Translations under genes and position numbers: made by a program
Notes under the pieces: generated by a model
What the model saw: the letters and a program-made list of their open reading frames with translations, nothing else
Database searches by the model: none
What the model was told of the DNA's origin: nothing
Shown here: in pieces, positions 60,955 through 64,000 of the stretch
How the letters are laid out: each line of letters starts with the position of its first letter
How positions within the stretch are numbered: the first letter of the stretch is position 1
Source: Felis catus
Lineage: Eukaryota
Reading direction: 5' to 3'
Assembly (NCBI RefSeq): GCF_018350175.1
Contig: NC_058368.1
Location: 25,112,001-25,176,000, forward strand
Length of the DNA stretch: 64,000 nt

Positions 60955-62174
60955 AAAAAAGAAAAGACAACCTCCTGAAGGGGAGAAAATATTTGCAAAT
61001 CATACATCTGATGAGAGGTTAACATCCAAACATATAAAGAACTTGACTCAGTAGAAAAAATAACAACAAATCCGATTCAAAAATGGGGAGAGGATCTAAA
61101 CAGACATTGTTCTAAAGAAGACAGGCTCACTAATAAATGTTCCACATCACTCATCGCCCAAACCAAAACCACAACGAGATACGATCTCACACCTGTCGGA
61201 ACAGCTATTATCAAAAAGCAAGTAATAACAAGTGTTGGCAAGGATATGGTGAAAAAGGAACATCTGTGCACTATTGGTAGGAATGTAAATTAGTACAGCC
61301 ACTATGGAAGAGAGTATGGATGTGTCTCAAAAGATTAAAAGCCAGGGGCACCCGGATGGCTCAGTCGGTTAAGCAACAGACTCTTGATTTCGACTCAGGT
61401 CATGATCTCAGGGTTGTGAGATCGAACCCCGCATCAGTCTCTGTGCTGAATGCACAGTCTGCTTAAGATTTTCTCCGTCTCTCTCTCTCTGCCCTTTGCT
61501 CGCGCGCGCTCTCTCTTTCTCAAATAAATCAATAAGAAAAAAAAAATCTTAAAAAAATTAAAAGTAGATCTACTACCTGACCCGGCTATTCCACTTCTGG
61601 GTATTTATCTGAAGAAAATGAAAACCCTAATTCAAACAGATATATGGGCTCCTCTGTTCACCGCAGCATTATTTACAATAGCCAAGATAAGGAAACAGCC
61701 TAAGTACCCATCAACGGAGGAGTAGATAAAGAAAATGTGATATATATCTACATATCTTTAGACAGATATAGAGAGAGAGAGATAGATATCACACAACGGA
61801 ATATTACCCAGTCATAAAAAAAAGAGGGAAATCTTGTCATTTGTGAAAACATGGATGGGCTCTGAGGGCCTCATGCTAAATGAAATAAATCAGACAGAGA
61901 AAGACAGATATTGTACGATGTTACTTATATGTGGAATCTAAAAAACAAAACAAAACAAAACAAAACTCCCGGATACAAAGAACAGATGGTGGTTACCAGA
62001 AGGGAGGGGGCGGGCGAAAGGGTGATCGGGGTCAATTGTGTGCGGACAGACGTTACTGGGCTCATTGTGGCAATCGCCCTGCAGTGTATACAAATACCGA
62101 ATTACTATGTTGTGCACCTGAAGCTAATATAATGTTATATGTCAGTTTTACTTCGATATAAGTAAATAAATAAT
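60955..62174 (+). mobile_element. Older L1 3' fragment (ORF2 end and 3' UTR), interrupted by a SINE
   Basis: gagaaaatatttgcaaatcatacatctgat...aacaagtgttggcaaggat...ttccacttctgggtatttatc...tgcacctgaagctaatataatgttatatgtca and A-rich tail. Confidence 0.9.
61345..61552 (+). mobile_element. Older carnivore SINE inside the L1
   Basis: ggggcacccggatggctcagtcggttaagc head; flanked by attaaaag on both sides. Confidence 0.9.
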
Positions 62175-64000
62175 TGGTTACAGGTGTTGTCAGGCGAAGG
62201 GCTGTCTGAGTCGGCAGCTACATTGATCGCTAATTTTTTTTTTTCTAAAATCAACGAGAAATGAAATATCAATGACCATTTTCTACCTAATCTAACCCAG
62301 CGTCCACCTGGATCTCTGGTAAACCTTCCCCCTTATTCCTTTCAAACGTATTCTCTTTCCCAAACGGCTGTGGGAAGAACTGAGGGAGGGAGGGAGGGAG
62401 GCATCCATCTGCGAGGTGAGCTTGTCAGAGAAAAGTGGAACGACGTGGACGAGCCTTGTGTCCAGTGTGCGAGCTGGAGAAATGCAGAGGAGTGTTTACA
62501 CTGACTTTGGAGGGCGGGAGCAAAACGCTCAGCCGGGAGCTGCCGAGGGCAGATCACCAAAGTAAATCCCAGGCGCCTCCTCCAGCAGCCCTGACATCTG
62601 GGGACAGTCCCCGGAGAGCCACACAGGGCTCACGGGGGACCCTGACGTGGAAGGAAGGGATGATGGCGCGTCTGTGAGGAAAGTGCCCCTGGCACCAGTG
62701 TCATGACCATCCAGCCCCCGTGACACCTGCTCGCCCCATCACCCCTCGGGGTGGGGGTGGGGGGTGGCTGGCGTCCCGGGGACCCTGTGCCGCCCCCGTG
62801 CCCACCCGGCCTCCCCGTAAGCAGGAGGGCTGATGAGCACATCAAGAACCAACCTCACGGAAGCCAAAGTGATACATCTGTTTATGGTAATTAAATAAAT
62901 GCCAGCTGGACCCTCCTCGGCGTGCTTACTGAAGCACATGCCAGATTCCCGAGGCTCTCCAAGAATCCGAGAGAAATCAGAGGCGGGAAAGCGAGCTCCC
63001 AGCCACTTACCACCCACTTCTTGAGAATCCTTGGCTGAGGAGGTTTTCTCAGAACCGAGAGCCTGGCTTCGGTCCCACCGGGTCTTGAGCAAGTCATTTC
63101 ACCTTGGCTTCTCCATCTGTCAGGTGAGACGGTGACACTTGCTCTGTGCCTCCCTCCAAAGTGACCTTGGCTAGAGGTTGGCCCTTCCTCATTGACCCCA
63201 TCTACATGCTGCCTCTTTTCAAAGGAGGTTTGAGGCAGTTTAGAACCACGTGGTGCGGTGACAGGGGAAAGAAAACTGGAAGGAAGACGGTGAATGCATG
63301 CGGGTTCGTTGTATGATTTGTACCCATTGCACCCGTTCAGAGTGAGTGGCAGAAATTATAAGGATCGTGGCCTTTGGACTCAGATGTGGCTTCGGCTCCA
63401 ATGTTCCTGGGTGACCCTTGGCAAGGGACTTAACCACTCTGAGCTTCGTTTTCCTTGTCTAAAATAAGGCGGGCAGTGCAAGGAAGGGAAAATTTAAAAG
63501 ATGGGGTATGATTCACTGAACTTATCCAAAGTCACCAGGTGACTTACTTTTGCATCTAATTTTTGCTATCTGGGTGAGGAATTAGTAAGAGGGGTCCCCT
63601 CAGGTGCCCCAGATCTCTCCAAGGGATCTAGAGTAGAAGGTATGCTGGGAGGACGTTCATTCCGCATGGAGTCGGGAAGACCAGGGACGGACGGGGCTGC
63701 CGTTATGGAGGGCACGACTCCTGACAGACGGCAAGCCTCACAACAGCAGGATGGCCAGGTGGTCCAGGGGGCGCTAGAACCTACCATCCCCCTGCCTGGA
63801 GCAGGTGCTGGGACAGCAGATGTCTGCACATTTTCCTCCAACCAATTAGAAAACAGAGGTGACAAATGCAATTCCTTCTTACCCTCTGAGGTCACATGGG
63901 TATGTCCAGGCAGGCAGGATGAAGAGACAGCCTGCAAAGAGACAGGCAGCGAGAATTCTAGGCAACGGGCTGGCATCAGCGGGGTGTGGCAGCAGGAAGG

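Noticed and set aside
1..64000. CRISPR array, operon, viral insertion or other novel multi-gene system
   Set aside because: No regularly spaced repeat-spacer array, no gene-dense segment and no viral or bacterial ORFs; dispersed repeats are explained by known mammalian transposon families.

Overview
This is mammalian DNA, almost certainly from a cat or other felid: about 33 carnivore tRNA-derived SINEs are present, 11 of them carrying the youngest cat SINEC_Fc diagnostic sequence. It also holds L1 3' fragments, MaLR/ERVL LTRs, L2, MIR, MER5 and microsatellites. The only credible protein-coding sequence is a 94-nt minus-strand first coding exon (50077-49984; MRSNTAPKHWVKKSITTFGGVVGTGRQRAEA + 1 nt), too short for the supplied ORF track. 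It has an in-frame upstream stop, ends in a GTAAGT donor and lies beside a CpG-island promoter (~50.1-51.5 kb). From memory it matches the N-terminus of the long distal-promoter kazrin (KAZN) isoform; this has not been checked by a search. On that reading, 1-49983 is part of a very long first intron and >51.5 kb is upstream DNA. I found no evidence for a novel multi-gene system, CRISPR array or RNA gene, and the supplied ORFs are repeat-derived or chance. The most interesting observations are the hidden exon and its uORF, a SINE-spacer-SINE block inside one target-site duplication (TSD; a possible Pol III read-through transduction), a candidate recursive splice site, two full RFX X-boxes, a perfect 21-bp nuclear-receptor-type palindrome, a 506-bp polypurine tract and a relic two-LTR MaLR provirus. 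Repeat family names come from recognising consensus sequences by eye, and the boundaries of old repeats are approximate.
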